Assembly (NCBI GenBank): GCA_951406725.2
Contig: OX597824.1
Coordinates: 40,300,001 to 40,364,000, forward strand
Direction: 5' to 3'
DNA from: Octopus vulgaris
Lineage: Eukaryota
Length of the DNA: 64,000 bases
Shown here: in pieces, positions 37,196-51,767 of the stretch
Numbering within the stretch: the first letter of the stretch is position 1
How the letters are laid out: every line of letters begins with the position of its first letter
Notes under the pieces: generated by a model
Database searches by the model: none
Told to the model about the DNA's origin: nothing
The model's input: only the letters and a program-made list of their open reading frames with translations
Position numbers and translations under genes: made by a program

Positions 37196-40100
37196 AATAT
37201 TATTGTAGTAATTAAAGTGATATATACATTTGGAACAGTTTGCTAAAAGTTCCTAAGCCACTGAATACCCTAGTGGTTTAAGAGAAGGAAAAAGAAAACG
37301 AAAAACCTGCTCTACTAACAAAACAGCTTACGTAACAAGCATCTAAAGAAAATATTCATTATAATGAATATTAACTATTGCAAATCCTTTTTCGGCTGCA
37401 ACCAACTAATCTATAATTTGCTCCCTCTTCTTCCACCTCCGTAATTCTTTCTCTCAAAGGGTAGCGTTCCTTTACTCATTGCCTGCCACAAAGCCTGGTA
37501 TATACACTTATGTTAATTCACTCTGTATTCTCTTTTACTCTCTCTCTCCTCTTCTCTCTATATATGATGTAAAGCATGACTGGGGAGATGAACAAACCAA
37601 CATTTATATCTGCTATTATTATATAGAGATAAATATCGCAAGCATGATTAAGAAGCTCGCTTTACATCCATGTGGTTTCAAGTTCACTGCCACTGCTTGC
37701 ATCGCACCTTGGACAAGTCTTCTTTCATAATTCTGGGCCAACCATTAATGCTTTGCAAGTGAATTTGATAGACAGAAACTATAAAAAGACTGTTGTATAT
37801 ATAAAAATATATGTGTGTGTCTTTGTGTTTATTCCACACCACTTGACAACTACTGTTGGTTTGTTTATGTCTCCATAACTTAGTAGTATAGTAAAAGAGA
37901 CTTAAAGGGATAAACTAAAAAAAATTAAGTACTGGTGTTGATTTGTTTGACTAAACCCTTCAAGTTGGTACCCCAGCATGGCCACAGTACAATAATTGAA
38001 ACCAGTTAAAAAACATGAAAGAAAAGAAAACAAAAGCCTACTCTCTACGTAATCATATATTGAGTACTTCCATTGAATTGTACTCTTCTTTGGATATATT
38101 TTCTGGAACTGTAAATAAATTATTTACCTATCAAAAGCTCGATTGGACTAAACATCGTTTTTTTTTTGTACCAACAACATCAGGTATAATTCACTGTAGT
38201 TAAAATACAAGAAGAAACATCAAAAATTAGATTAATATAGTTCTTAAACTAGAACATGTTTTTGTACCATGAGAAAAGTTTTTCTAACATTTCAACAAAA
38301 GATTCCACAGTATTACTCTCTTCTGCACCATATACATTTATTTAATTTGGTTAAATTTCATTGTTGATATATTGATATATAATTTTCTCATTCAACACAT
38401 CCCAAAATATTAGAATGGTGTTGATAGTGGCTTTTCAACAACTGTGCAGTGCATGATTGATGTTTTACTAAGTTAATCTAGGTGTATGTTAGTTCTATAA
38501 CACTTTCCAATGGGTGTTACCCTCCTGTGACGTCTTTTAATATATGTTGTATTATAATATACTCTATAATTATGATATTATAATTATACTGTCTGCACTT
38601 TCCCAAGTTTAATAAATTCTACCCTTGTTCTATTTATATGAGTATTAATTTATATCGTAAGTGCAGTGTGGTTGAATGGTAAAGAAGTTTGCTTCATCAC
38701 CACAAGTTCCCAGGCTCAAATCCACAGCATAGCATCTTGGGTAAATGTTATTTTGTATAGTCTGAAGTTGGCCATACATAGTGAGTGAAATTGAGTAGAC
38801 AGAAACTGTATAGAAGCCCATTGAGAGGATTCTACCTCTAATTCAAAAGGCACAACCTTAATACACATTGTGTCACAGTGATTGTGCCTGAAAATATGTC
38901 AAATGTACAAGTGCAGAGGTGAGTGGATTTGGCAGATGGAAACTGAAAGAAGCACATCGTATATATATATATATATATATATATATAATGACTGTGGGCA
39001 ATAAAGATATATATATATATCTTTATTGCCCACAGGAGGCTAAACATAGAGGGGACAAACAAGGACAGCCAAAGGGACTAAGTCGATTACATCGACCCAA
39101 TGCGTAACTGGTACTTATTTAATCGACCCCGAAAGGATGAAAGGCAAAGTCGACCTCAGTGGAAGTTGAACTCTGAACGTAACAGCAGATACTCAATTTA
39201 CACACCTGCAGGATAAAAAAAAAAGGGAAATAGTTGGGAGGTAACTAAGAGGAGAGGAAGATGTCTGGTCTGAATTCTTCCAATAGTGTGAAATCCACTA
39301 GAGACACCAGAAAACCAAGTTGTGATATTAAATTGGGTGGCATAATAGTTCTTACACTAATGTACTGGTACTGATTCCATCAACAATACCCCTCTCCCCT
39401 TGCAAATTTGTAACCTTGTATTAACCCATTTATTGCAGAAATCAGATATACCTCAAAATGCCAGATATATATATCTAAAAAAATCAGATATATACTCAAA
39501 ATTTCAGTTCCCTTAACTGCAAAAAGCTATTTTATATCCCAATATATTTTTTGTTAAGGAATGTCATGTTCGAAACCTTTTTTGTTGAGACATGTCAAGT
39601 TTATTAAGAGTAATGTGACTTGAAGAAAATTCCACTTTTCTGTCTTTTGGTAAATAGCTAACATCATGACTGGAATAATCATGAAATTTAACATTGCAGT
39701 TATAGGGTTAAGGCAAGAATATCATTATTCAGCTATCTCCATAATCATCATAAATTATTATTGTTCAACCGGTAGAATATGTCAGCTACAATTGTTAATG
39801 CAAGCTTTAAACATCAAGGAAAGATTGTTTTTGTGTGAGCATGTATGTATTTGTATTATACAATTTCCATACACCTGTTTATCTGTCTAGGAAAGAAGTG
39901 TATTCAAGTGTTACCAGTTATAGCACACTCTTAAACCTAGAATGATTTCAGCAACTCCAGAAGAGAAAGAAGCGCAAATACACACGAACACTCCTGCAAA
40001 GATAACATCTAAGAGAAGAACACCATCATGTCATCATATAAAGTAGTTTGTAGTAGATAAGTGCAAATATGATTTGTACATAATACAAAAATGAGCACAT

Positions 40101-41332
40101 ACATTGTATACAAGTATGATAAATCACTTGATCAAAGCTAGATGTTTGACCAATGGGAAGACATGAAACCTATACATATTAGCTCTCGTAGCAACACTGG
40201 AATACATCATCATCATCCTCATTGTTATTATTATATGTAACAATAAAGACAGAGCAAATAGCAACTGCAATAAAAATAATGTAAACAGCAGTAAAGTATA
40301 AAACAAGGCTTGTTTGTGTGTGTCTGTGTATAAGTATTTATAGGCATATGTGTTAGTATATAAAATAATAAAACGACCTAAAATGACACAATATCAACAT
40401 AACATAACAACGAACATTGTTACAGTGAGCATGTCATTTTCATCTAATTTCTTTATTGCCCACAAGGGGCTAAACATAGAGGGGACAAACGAGGACAGAC
40501 AAATGGATTAAGTCGATTATATCGACCCCAGTGCGTATCTGGTACTTATTTAAACGACTCCGAAAGGCGACGCAGGTAACGCTCACGCTCAAATGGTGTT
40601 TTTGGTGTTTTTTATAAATATATATACATATGCATATACAACTGGCTTCTTTCAGTTTCCATTTACCAAATCCACTTACAAGGTTTTGGTTGGTCCGAGG
40701 CTATGTAGAAGACACTTGCCCAAGGTGGCATATAGTGGGACTGAACCTGGAATCATGGGGTTGAGAAGCAAGCTTCTTACCACACAGCTTTTTTTTTTAT
40801 CACTAAAACTATTTAACTTCACTAAAGTTTTGGGATTACTTTTCCAACTTAAATTTTTCATGATTTTAAAACTAACATCAACAATACTAAAAAAAAGTGA
40901 ACCTCTACTATAGACAAATTATTTAGCTTCAAGTTCTGTTGGCTTTGGCCTAGTAAAATGTAATTTAGTAATACATAAATAAATACCAGCTGTGACCATC
41001 CTGTTCGTACCTTTCTATTGGAGATATATTATCCAATATTTTTGTATTCTTAAGACAGTATGGTTTGTAATTTAAAGGATATTTAACTAAATAACCATTG
41101 TTATTCTCTACTCAAAGACTTTCCAACTGTGAACATCTCTTCTTTTTTCAGACGTTATACTTCTAATGTACCTTAAACTATCCATTTTCTTTTTTACAAC
41201 ATTACTGTGATTTAAGGGAGATTTGGCTGATATTTGCAACAGATTTATCAACCACATAGTGACATCCTCATTAGCTCAATTCACATACTTTTCTTCCCTG
41301 TTACTGCTGTTTATATGTCCTTGAAATGAATA

Positions 41333-41387
<55 letters not shown>

Positions 41388-42299
41388 TATATATACACAT
41401 ATATATAAGTTGTCTGGCTAACAAGCTAATGTAACCTCATTTCTTGCCTTTGTCATTTTCCCTTCTCAATGAGGTCAACTTTGCTTTTTATCCACCTGCA
41501 GTCATTGATAAAATAAGTATCGTCAAATACAGCTCTGATTTAATCAATTGCATTTACCCTACCCTCTAACTCTTTTGGTTTTTGCACCTGTGTTATCATA
41601 GTTGCATTCTGTCTGCTAAAACTTTGTTACTCTCCACCTTATTTATATATTTATATTATTATTATAATTTTTATTATTATTATTATTAAGGTGGCGAGCT
41701 GGCAGAATTTTTAGCATGGCAGGCAAAATGTTTAGCAGCATTTTGTCTGTCTATACATTCCGAGTTCAAATACTGCCAGGTTTGACTTTGCCTTTCATCC
41801 TTTCAGGGTCAATAAAATAAGCACCAGTTGATGACTGAGGTTGATGTAATCGACTTACCCACCCCCCTGAACTTGCTGGCCTTGTACCAGAATGTGAAAC
41901 TATTATTATTATTATTATGCCTATATGATAGTGATGCTAATAGACAACCATCATGTAATGTGAAGACAATGGTACACACACATGTACTCATACACATATG
42001 ACAGGCTTCTATCAGTTTCCATCTATGAAATCCATTCACAATGCTTTGAACCTGGGACTATTGTAGAAGATACTTGCTCAAGATGCTACTTAACCAAAGA
42101 ACATATGGTTGAGGAAGCAGGTTTAACCTCATAGCCATGCCTGTGCTTCTCTCTCCCTCCCTCCATGTGTGTGTGTCTATATATATAAAACAAAGAAGGC
42201 ATAAGCTTTTTCACTCACAAGACTTTTGTCAGCCCAAGGCTTATAGTATTATAGTAGAAGACACTTGCACAGTGGGTACTGAATGCATATATATATATG

Positions 42300-42637
42300 C
42301 TGAGACCCCCTTCAGCCATGACTGACCATGGGATTGCACCTAGAAAGTTACCCTACTAGGCACAAGTCTGGGCAAGGTTGTTTTATGGAAGACCAGCAGT
42401 CACCCATGCATACCGGCCTCCCCTCTCCATGTCACCAGTGTTATCCAAGGGAAAGGCAAAGGCTGATACAGCTTGGCACTTGTGACCTCGCAACTCATTT
42501 CTACAGCCGAGTGAACTGGAGCAACATGAACTAAAGTGTCTTGCTCAAGAACACAACATGTAGCTCATTTCGGGATTTGAACTCACAACCTCACGATCGT
42601 AAGCTCGACGCTCTAACCACTGAGCCATGCTCCTTCA

Positions 42638-42640
<3 letters not shown>
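42300..42640 (-). mobile_element. tRNA-derived SINE family D, reverse; other copies at about 2190-2400, 24465-24635, 30270-30555, 48360-48600 and 62285-62575
   Basis: Reverse-complement head TGAAGGAGCATGGCTCAGTGGTTAGAGCG, B-box GTGAGTTCAAATCCCG, core CTTGAGCAAGACACTTTA. Confidence 0.8.
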
Positions 42641-42681
<41 letters not shown>

Positions 42682-43524
42682 TGTAAAACTTTATGATATG
42701 TTGATTTTTGGATGAAATTTTCTCAAAAAAAAAAAAAAATAGAAACTATTGTGCCATTTTTTTAATAACATGCAAAGTTGTACAACTTCTACAAGAGTAG
42801 ATAATCTATTGTAATTCAATATATTATTTGTTTAATATTCCATTTTATTGAAAACACATTGATATTTAATAAAAACAAAATAGGAGACCTGTTGATTGAA
42901 TAACTGGAATGGTCGTCTCTGGAACTGGTAGAAGAATTGCTCATTTATTTCATACTTTCAATGTGTGTGTGTGTGTGTGTGTCTGTGTCTGTCTATCTTA
43001 AGAGAAGTTTATGTTTGCACAAGAAATGGCAAGAAGTCTAAGTGGAATATGCAAAGTGTATTGATTATAGATTTTTGGTTCATCAAAAAGAAACAAATAT
43101 ATACAACTAAACAGCCAGCCAGTCAATTCATGATTGAAATAATAATAATAATAATAACAATAACAACAAAAAATAGATGACTATAGGAAGTGAAGAGTGA
43201 TAAAGTTTTAACAATTTAGTGGTGAAGTGCAGTTTAGTAATAAATGTTAACATGGGTACAAAGACCAAAAACAAGTTAGGGTGTTTGGTGCAATTGATTA
43301 AATTCACGCAGTATATATTTGTGTCATGCGTTCGCACATGTATATATATATATTTATATATAGGTATGTGTGTATATATATATATACTTTATTAATAGAG
43401 CTGCAAAGACGTCACAAAAATTGTTTCTCAGAGTTTCATGCTCCTGTTCATATACATAGATGTATATATAGATATATAGATGTATATGTGTGTGTGTGTG
43501 TGTATATATACATAGATATACTCT

Positions 43525-43933
43525 CTCTTTTACTCTTTATTCTTTTACTTGTTTCAGTCATTTGACTGCGGCCATGCTGGAGCACCGCCTTTTTTAGTCG
43601 AGCAAATCGACCCCAGGACTTATTCTTTGTAAGCCTAGTACTTATTCTATCGGTCTCTTTTGCTGAACCTCTAAGTAACGGGGACATAAACACACCAGCA
43701 TTGGTTGTGAAGCGATGTTGGGGGGACAAACACAGACACATACACACACACATATATATATATACATATATACGACGGGCTTCTTTCAGTTTCCATCTAC
43801 CAAATCCACTCACAAGTCTTTTGTCGGCCCGAGGCTCTAGTAGAAGACACTTGCCCAAGGTGCCACGCAGTGGGACTGAACCCGGAACCATGTGGTTGGT
43901 AAGCAAGCTACTTACCACACAGCCACTCCTGCG
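43525..43933 (-). mobile_element. SINE family A, full length, reverse
   Basis: Near-complete reverse complement of the 11687 copy. Confidence 0.88.
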
Positions 43934-45314
43934 TATATATATGCATATGATGGACTCTCAAAGACAACAGATGAGTGTTCAGTTTTGCCAAACAAATGAT
44001 TTGTTTATAATGTTCAAATGTATTTGTTGTACATTAGCTCACTCTGCCTATCAAAGCAACATTGCCTGAATGGTCTACCATGTGACAGGTGTCAAAGTGG
44101 CTGCAGAGCAATATCAGATTATCTTGTGACTGTAAGTTCAACACCCGAACCACTAGGCTATGCATCCTTACACAGTCCTTTTATTCTGTTCTGTTACTTT
44201 TAAGTACAACATATAAACTGCATGTGTGTGTGGCTGTGTTGCTAAAAAGCTTTTCCCAGCCACATGGTTTTAGTTTCAATTCCACTGCATGATACTTTGT
44301 GCTCATGTCTTCTACTACAGTCTCAGTCTGACTAAAACTTTATGAGTGGATTTGGTAGACAGAAATCCATTGTGTGTGTGTGTGTGCATACAATCCAGTG
44401 ATCTCTGTGTTGGAAGTTAGTAACCTTGAAGCAGTGAGTGGCAGGTACTGAGAACAAAAAGTGGACAGTGTACAATAAAGAACAATAACAATTTATTGGC
44501 ATTGAAGGTTACAAATTTTTTTCTATATCGAAGTTGCAAGGAAATTCAATAAGCTGATAGTTACCTGTTCCACTCTATCAGTTTGTATGTATGTATGTGT
44601 GTGTGTCTGTGTTTGTGTGTGTGTACATATGCATGTATGTGGTAGGGTGCATCTGTGTGTGTGTGTTTCCTTCTCTTGACTTGGCATGATAGTTGTAAGT
44701 AAGTGAGTGTTATATGAATGGTGCCCTTTGTTTTCAAACTTCTGTGCAAAAAATGTCTGCCACGGAGGAAATATTACCTGGCTTGGAAACGGGGGAAAGT
44801 TGGTTACAGGCAGGGCATCTGACCAATGAAAATCTACCTCAGTGAATTCCATCCAACCCATGCAAGCATGGAAATATGGATATTAAAACTATGATGATTA
44901 TATATGTATCATCATCATCATCGTCACCATTTAATGTCCATTTTCCATGCTGGCATGAGTTGGATGGTTTGAACAGAGCTGGCAAGCCAGAGAACTGCAC
45001 CTGGTTCCAGTCTGGCATGGTTTCTACAGCTGGATGCCCTTCCTAACACCAATCAGTTTACAGAGTGTGCTGAGTACTTTTTTACTCACAAATGTGCACA
45101 CACACACACACACCTGTACTTAGACCATAAGTATTTAGCATTGATTACTAAACCAGTTAATGCACACTTTGAAATGGGACGTACATTTCAAGGCTGTCAA
45201 GAGTCTGTTACAAACTCTCTGTACAGTCTTGTTTCAAGACTGTAGTCCAGTGATTGAAACCAGTAAAAGAATATATTGAAGTACAATAGAAATATCACAC
45301 TCATTGTGTCTGAT

Positions 45315-45590
45315 AAGACAGTAGTGTGGAATTTGAGGGTGATCTGGCTGCTATTTCTCACTGGTCGAACAATAAAGATATTTTGCTCATTGTTTGATGA
45401 TGTTTCTTCCCTTCTATGAGACAGTAAATGTAGAATTTGAGAGAGATTTGGCTGCTATTTCTAACTAGTTGAACAATAAAGCTGTTATGCTTATTGTGTT
45501 TGATGGTGCGTTTCTTCCCTACTAAAAGATAATAAATGTGGAACTTGAGGGAGATTTGGCTGCTATTTCTAACTGGTTGAACAATGACAT
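45315..45590. repeat. ~110-bp tandem repeat, about 2.5 units
   Basis: GAATTTGAG..GATTTGGCTGCTATTTCT..GAACAAT occurs three times. Confidence 0.75.
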
Positions 45591-45845
45591 AAATGGCTAA
45601 TTGACTGTTGTCTAATCTTGTTGTTCCCCCAGCTTTGTTTTTCCTATTTACAAACAGTGAATTTATTTGTTGTTAAGCTTGAATAATCAAGCTGGTCTTA
45701 GCCAATGACATTCTACTTCATCTTCCTGTACTCATATTTTATACTAGTGAATAGTCCCGGCTATTGAATATTCTCTCTCTCTCTCCCCTGCTGTTTCCAG
45801 CTCTTCTCTCTCCCTCTCTCTGTTTCACTGTGGTTCATTTATCAC

Positions 45846-45886
<41 letters not shown>

Positions 45887-46808
45887 GTTCTTTCTCTTTT
45901 AGTCTCTCCCATCCCTGCTGTTTCCTACTCTTTTTCTCCCTCTCTCTATTTCACTCTGGTTCTTTTTATCACCCCCTCCACCTCTTACTGTTTGTATTTT
46001 CAGCGCCAAGTAAACCTCACAATATTTAAAACATGTCAAATGTGTGTACTATACAGTTGTCTCTGGGGAAGTTGCCCATACAAATAGATATTAATTGTTT
46101 CAACTATGTACACAAGAATTTGTATGTATGTATGAGAGAGACCATGTAATAAATACTGTATTTATTCTCAAATTAATAACCTTATTTTTATTTCTGGTGT
46201 TATTTCATTTATTAAGGTGAAGTCTGAAAATCCATTGATCCATTGCTAATGTCAATAGTACCTAGTTAATACACTTTTGAACTATAATTAATTGAGGAGG
46301 GAAGATAGGTATATGTTTATGTGCATGTGTGTGTATGTATACATATATATATATGTGAGAAAGAGTCATTAAGCAGGTGGTGATTAATATACCATAAATT
46401 GATAACAGGAGTGGAGTCCTTTTCCTAGTTGTTAATGCATAAATTCACAAATGCGCAGATTTTTTAAATATGAAGGGTTAGGACAATTTGTGTGTGTGTG
46501 CTTATAAATAATATCCAACAAAATCTTTTTGTAGGTTCATAACTAAACGGTTATTGTATTTTTGAATAATAAGCAATTTCAGAAAAGAGACTAGATTGAT
46601 TACATTGGTCTCAGTGTTCAGCTATTACTTATTTTACTGACCCTGAAAGGATGAAAGGCAAAGTGGACCTTGGTGAAATTTGAACTCAGAATGTAAAGAT
46701 GAATGAAATGCCATTAAGTATTTTGCCTGGCATGCTAATGATTCTGTCAGCCCACTGCCTTACTACTGCTACTACTACTATTAATAATAATGATAACAAC
46801 ACATTCTT

Positions 46809-47105
46809 CTTAAATATGAGATAACTCAACTGTGGAAAATTAAGAAAGTGAAGATAGTGCCAATTATTGTTGGGTCCTTGGGAACAGTATCCGAAGCCAT
46901 CAAGAAGAATATAAAGGAAATGGGAATAGAGCGCCCAGTAGAACTGTTTCAAAAGGTTTGTCTCTTTGGCATGGCCAGAATCATCAGGAGAGTATTAGAT
47001 AGTTGAATAGAACAGATAGCATGGTACCATAGGCTGCAGGTAGCAAACTCACTATGCATGCAAGACTCCAAGAGTTACAACAAAACACAAGATAAAAAGA
47101 AATAA
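46809..47105 (+). mobile_element. R4/Dong-like (RLE) non-LTR retrotransposon 3' end
   Basis: LKYEITQLWKIKKVKIVPIIVGSLGTVS..LFQKVCLFGMARIIRRVLDS* (stop 47004-47006), the typical R4/Dong C-terminus; flanked by TAA-rich sequence. Confidence 0.78.
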
Positions 47106-50100
47106 TTGTTTCAATTTTTGGTACAAGACCAGAAGTTTTAGTGGGAAGGGTAAATTGATTACATTGATCTCAGTACTTCACTGGTACTTTATTTTATCGA
47201 CCCCAAAAGGATGAAAGGCAAATTTGAACTCAGCAGGATTTGAATTCAAGATGTAAAGAGCTAGAAGAAATATTGCTCAGCATTTTTCCAATGCTTTAGA
47301 AAATCTGTCAGCTCACCACTCTTGTTTCAAAGTTTGACAAAAGCCAGCAGTTTTAAATGGAAGTGAGTTGTCAATTCTATCGACCCCAGTACTTGACATG
47401 TAACTTATTTTTTATTGACCCCAGAAGGATAAAATTCAAAGTTAACTTTAGCAGGATTTGAACTCAGAACATAAAAAGCCAGAGGAAATGCCAGTAAGGG
47501 ATTTTGTCTTAGGTGCTAATGATTCTAGCAGCAGTAACTTCAGATTAGAACACTGTGAAGATAGAGAATGAAAGAGTTGAAAGACCTGACATCCAAAGTG
47601 GTATGTATTCATAGAGCTGCAAGTGTATGATATCCATCATGATTGGTGCACTTGAACCATTTCAGAGAATACAAATGCTTGGCAAGAGTTGGAACTATCC
47701 AGACATCACTAGAAGCACACAGCTGATGGCCTTACTAGTGCATGTGTTGAGGAAAGTGTTGCATTTCTAAGTTGCTGTAAGATAACTCAGATAAATATCA
47801 AAACTAGTGAAGATTGTGATGATGATGATAATAATAATAATATGTATAAATATTGTGTTTTCTTTGAGAGTATTGTTGGCCAAATCATTAGAGCTTTGGA
47901 AAAATTGTTTTACAGTATTTGTTCCAAAACATTTTCTTTCAGATCCCACAAAGGTCAACTCTGTTAATCATCCTTTTGGGGTTGATGGAATAAAGTACCT
48001 GTTAAGTACTGGAGTTGATGACATCGACCACCCCATCCCTTCAAAATTTCTGGCCTTGTGCCTAAATCAGAAACAATTATGATTTTTTTCTTCTTTTCAA
48101 GTTTGTTTCCTTTTCTTGCCAGGTGTCTTCCCAACATCTAGTGCAAATAAACACACTGTAAACACAGACAGGCTGTTAAAATAAACATACCAATTATTAT
48201 TATCATTAAGTTAATTGGCAGAATCATTAGCATGCCGGACAAAATGCTTAGCAGCATTTCATCTGTCTTTATGTTCTGAGTTCAAATACTGCTGAGATTG
48301 ACTTTGCCTTTCATTCATTTAGGATTGAGAAATTAAGTACCAGTGAAACACTGGTGAAGTTACCTTATCAAGTCATGCTGACTCATAAGGGCCACTTTCC
48401 CAGCATCATGGCATATGAATTCCCCACCCGGACAGGATGCCAGTCCATCACAGGATTACTTATTTTTGTAAGCTGAGTGGATTGGAGCAATATGAAATGA
48501 AGTGTTTTGCTTAAGAACACAATGCATTGCCCAGTCCAGGAAGCAAAACCGCAATCTTACGATCGTGATTTCCAACACCAAACCTACCAAGCCACATGCT
48601 GTTGATATCATCAACTCCAGTACTTAACTCGTACTTTATTTCATCAACCCTCTCTAGTGAAATACTGGGGTTAATGTAATCAACTAGTCCCCTCCCCCAA
48701 AATTTCAGACCTTGTGCCTTTAGAAAAGATTATTATCATTGTTGTTATCTTATTTCATTAATCTGACAAAACTGTATTTAAGTGTCAAATGTTTTCACCT
48801 CTGCTGGACTTTTAAAGTGAAATGACTGAAATTAATGACTTTTATCCTTTCCAAAATCAATCAAATAAGTACTAATTATATACAGAGGTTGATTAATTTG
48901 ATGTACCCTTACCTTACCTGCCAAATATTAGGGTCAATGTAATTGACTATATACATCTCAAGAAATGAGACCTTGTTAGAAATCTTTTTTTATTATCACT
49001 ATTATTGTAATCATTGTATTGTTATTTTGTAATTATTTAGACTAGCAGTCAGCAAAGTGATTAATATTGACCCTGCGATTTCTATGTGGTTATCCATGGG
49101 CTTGATAAACACATGAAATGATTTGGGGCATTAAAGCTGCTGAATTTATTATTGAACTGAATCTAAAAGAGCATGGTAATTTAAGGCTAAAACTCATTAA
49201 TTTCAAGCCAAATCCATAACTAGTATTCATTCTACACATTTCACATTAAGTATTCTGACTATATCAATATAACTGAATTTTTATGGTTCTTTATCAATTT
49301 CTTTATGTATTTTCTTTAAATATTTATTGAAAAGCATTATTGGCACTAGAAAATGAAGTAGTTATTGTTTTTAAACTAAGAAATTATTTTTTATTGTTAA
49401 TTTTATTTTAGAAATTCATATGATGGGAGTCAATAAGTTTATCAATGATTCCATGAAGAGGGTTATTGATGTAAGAAGTTTGTGGACCTTAATTTAGACA
49501 GAAGTTAAAGGGTAACATTTAGGACTCTCAGGAATCTCATGATTGGTATGAGAAAAGGAAGAAGGAAATTTTAAACCTAAAGAGCTAAAGAGAGATGTTA
49601 AATTAGGCAACAGCTTCAGTATACTGATTGGGAATAAATACCATCCCTCTGACAGTTTTCCACAAAGTTGATGTCTACCAAATTCCACCCACTGGTATAT
49701 ATTTTATGGATTGCAGAATATTTATTGAATATATAGCAAGAACATAGTTGAGTTGAAGAAGAATTTTATATACAATTATGTCTTGGATTTTCTGAAATAC
49801 ATAAATAAATAATCCAATAAGAATGGAGAAATAACTTCAAATAGCTAGAGAAAGAAATAAAGAGAAAGGGAAGAAGAGAGAAAGATACAGAGAATTATGG
49901 AAAGAGGAGACAGAATGGTATACAGAAAGATGAGAGAGAGATACAGAGATATATAGAGATATACAGGAAGAGAAGATAAATATAGATATAGATATAGGAT
50001 GAAAAAAGGAAGATCTATAGAGATATAGAGGAAGAGAATAGAGATATATATATAGTTATACAGGAAAAAAAGAGATATTTAGAGATCTACGTGAAGAGAA

Positions 50101-50949
50101 GAAGAAAGAATGATTCAGAGATATTTAGAGATGTACTGAGCAAGATATACAGATAGAAGGGTGGGTAGTGGGAAGTGTGTATGTGTATTTGTGTGTGTGC
50201 ATCTGTGTAATAGTGCATGTCATTACATACTGTTTACTGAAAACAGGCAGCAATCCTGGGTATTTTCTTCTATTTAACCAAATAAAAGAATTATTTAGTG
50301 AATGTCTCTGAATCTTGAGTACCAGCCAAGCAACCGGCCAGCTTTGCAAGACAGCGTGTAAGGAAGGAAGCCAGCATGAGAGAGGCATATGTTGTCAGTT
50401 ATTTAAAAAGTAGTTTACAATCACATAATTGTCTGCTTTTCCGTTAAGTGTCAGTGGATGTGTGGAGGTGTGAGGGTGTGGGTGATCTATAGCCAGATGA
50501 AGAGAGAATGGATCACAAACTAATAATCTGGGAATGGCTTTTTATTTACATTCTACTTTTATGAAGTACTATTTTATTCATGTCAATTTTTAAGGTTAAG
50601 AGTAGTGAAAATAGGAGTGGGTGGGTTTTTACACACACACACATACTCTACAAAGATTTTTATTTCATCATATTTAAGAGGCTAAAACTCATGTTAACTT
50701 TAGTTAATTTATCTACATATATTAATAGAGACAAACCGCATATGAACCCATGGCCAAAGTTACAGGAAGTATGATGTAGTGATTTGAGAAATATAGAGAT
50801 AGTAGCAGACTGAAATAAGTGGTGAGATGTGATTGAGTGATCCCTTCAAAATGGGGCCCTAACAGAATTGAAACCAATTGACTTAAACCAGTATAAGAAA
50901 TAAAAGAATATCTATCTATGCATACATGTACACACATATATATATACTT

Positions 50950-51302
50950 CTGTGGTAAGAAGCTTACCTCCAAACCACATGGTTCCAGGTTCAATCCCAC
51001 TGCATAACACCTTGGGCAAGTGTCTTCTACTATAGCCTTGGGCCGACCAAAGGCTTGTGAATAGATTTGGTAGATGGAAACTGAAAGAAGCCCATCATAT
51101 ATGTATGTGTGTGTTTGTGCCCCACCACCACCTGACAACTGGAAATGGTGTGTTTACATCCCCATAACTTAGCAGTTCAGCAAATAACATAAATAGAATA
51201 AGAACTGGGCTTAAAAAAAAGTACTGAGGTTGATTCATTCGACTACAATTTCAATGTGGTGTCCCAGCATCGCTGCAGTCTAATGATGAAACAAGTAAAA
51301 GA
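50950..51302 (+). mobile_element. SINE family A copy
   Basis: CTGTGGTAAGAAGCTT..GGTTCAATCCCACTG..GAAACAAGTAAAAGA. Confidence 0.8.
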
Positions 51303-51304
51303 TA

Positions 51305-51337
<33 letters not shown>

Positions 51338-51357
51338 GTGTATATATATATATTATA

Positions 51358-51395
<38 letters not shown>

Positions 51396-51767
51396 CACAC
51401 ACACACACACACATACACGTGGTTGTTTATTCGTAGTCTCTCATGTTTGAGATGATGGTTCTGTAGTTCCTTGATGAACAACAGCCTGCACAAATTTGTT
51501 TATAGTGATCAAATGATTGTGCTATACATGAGTTTATTCTTTGACATCAAATTGACATTACCTGTACAGTGCACAATGTGCCACATTTCAGATATCAAAA
51601 TGATTTCACACACATACGCATTTTGAGCGGTAGATGTTCATTCATTTTATGTCGTTTTCTATGCTAGCAGGAGTTAGATGTATATATTGTTGAAGTTCGG
51701 TTTTACATCCTGGTGCCCTTCCTGCAGGACAGCATTCAACCAACTGCTAATTCACATCATATGATGC

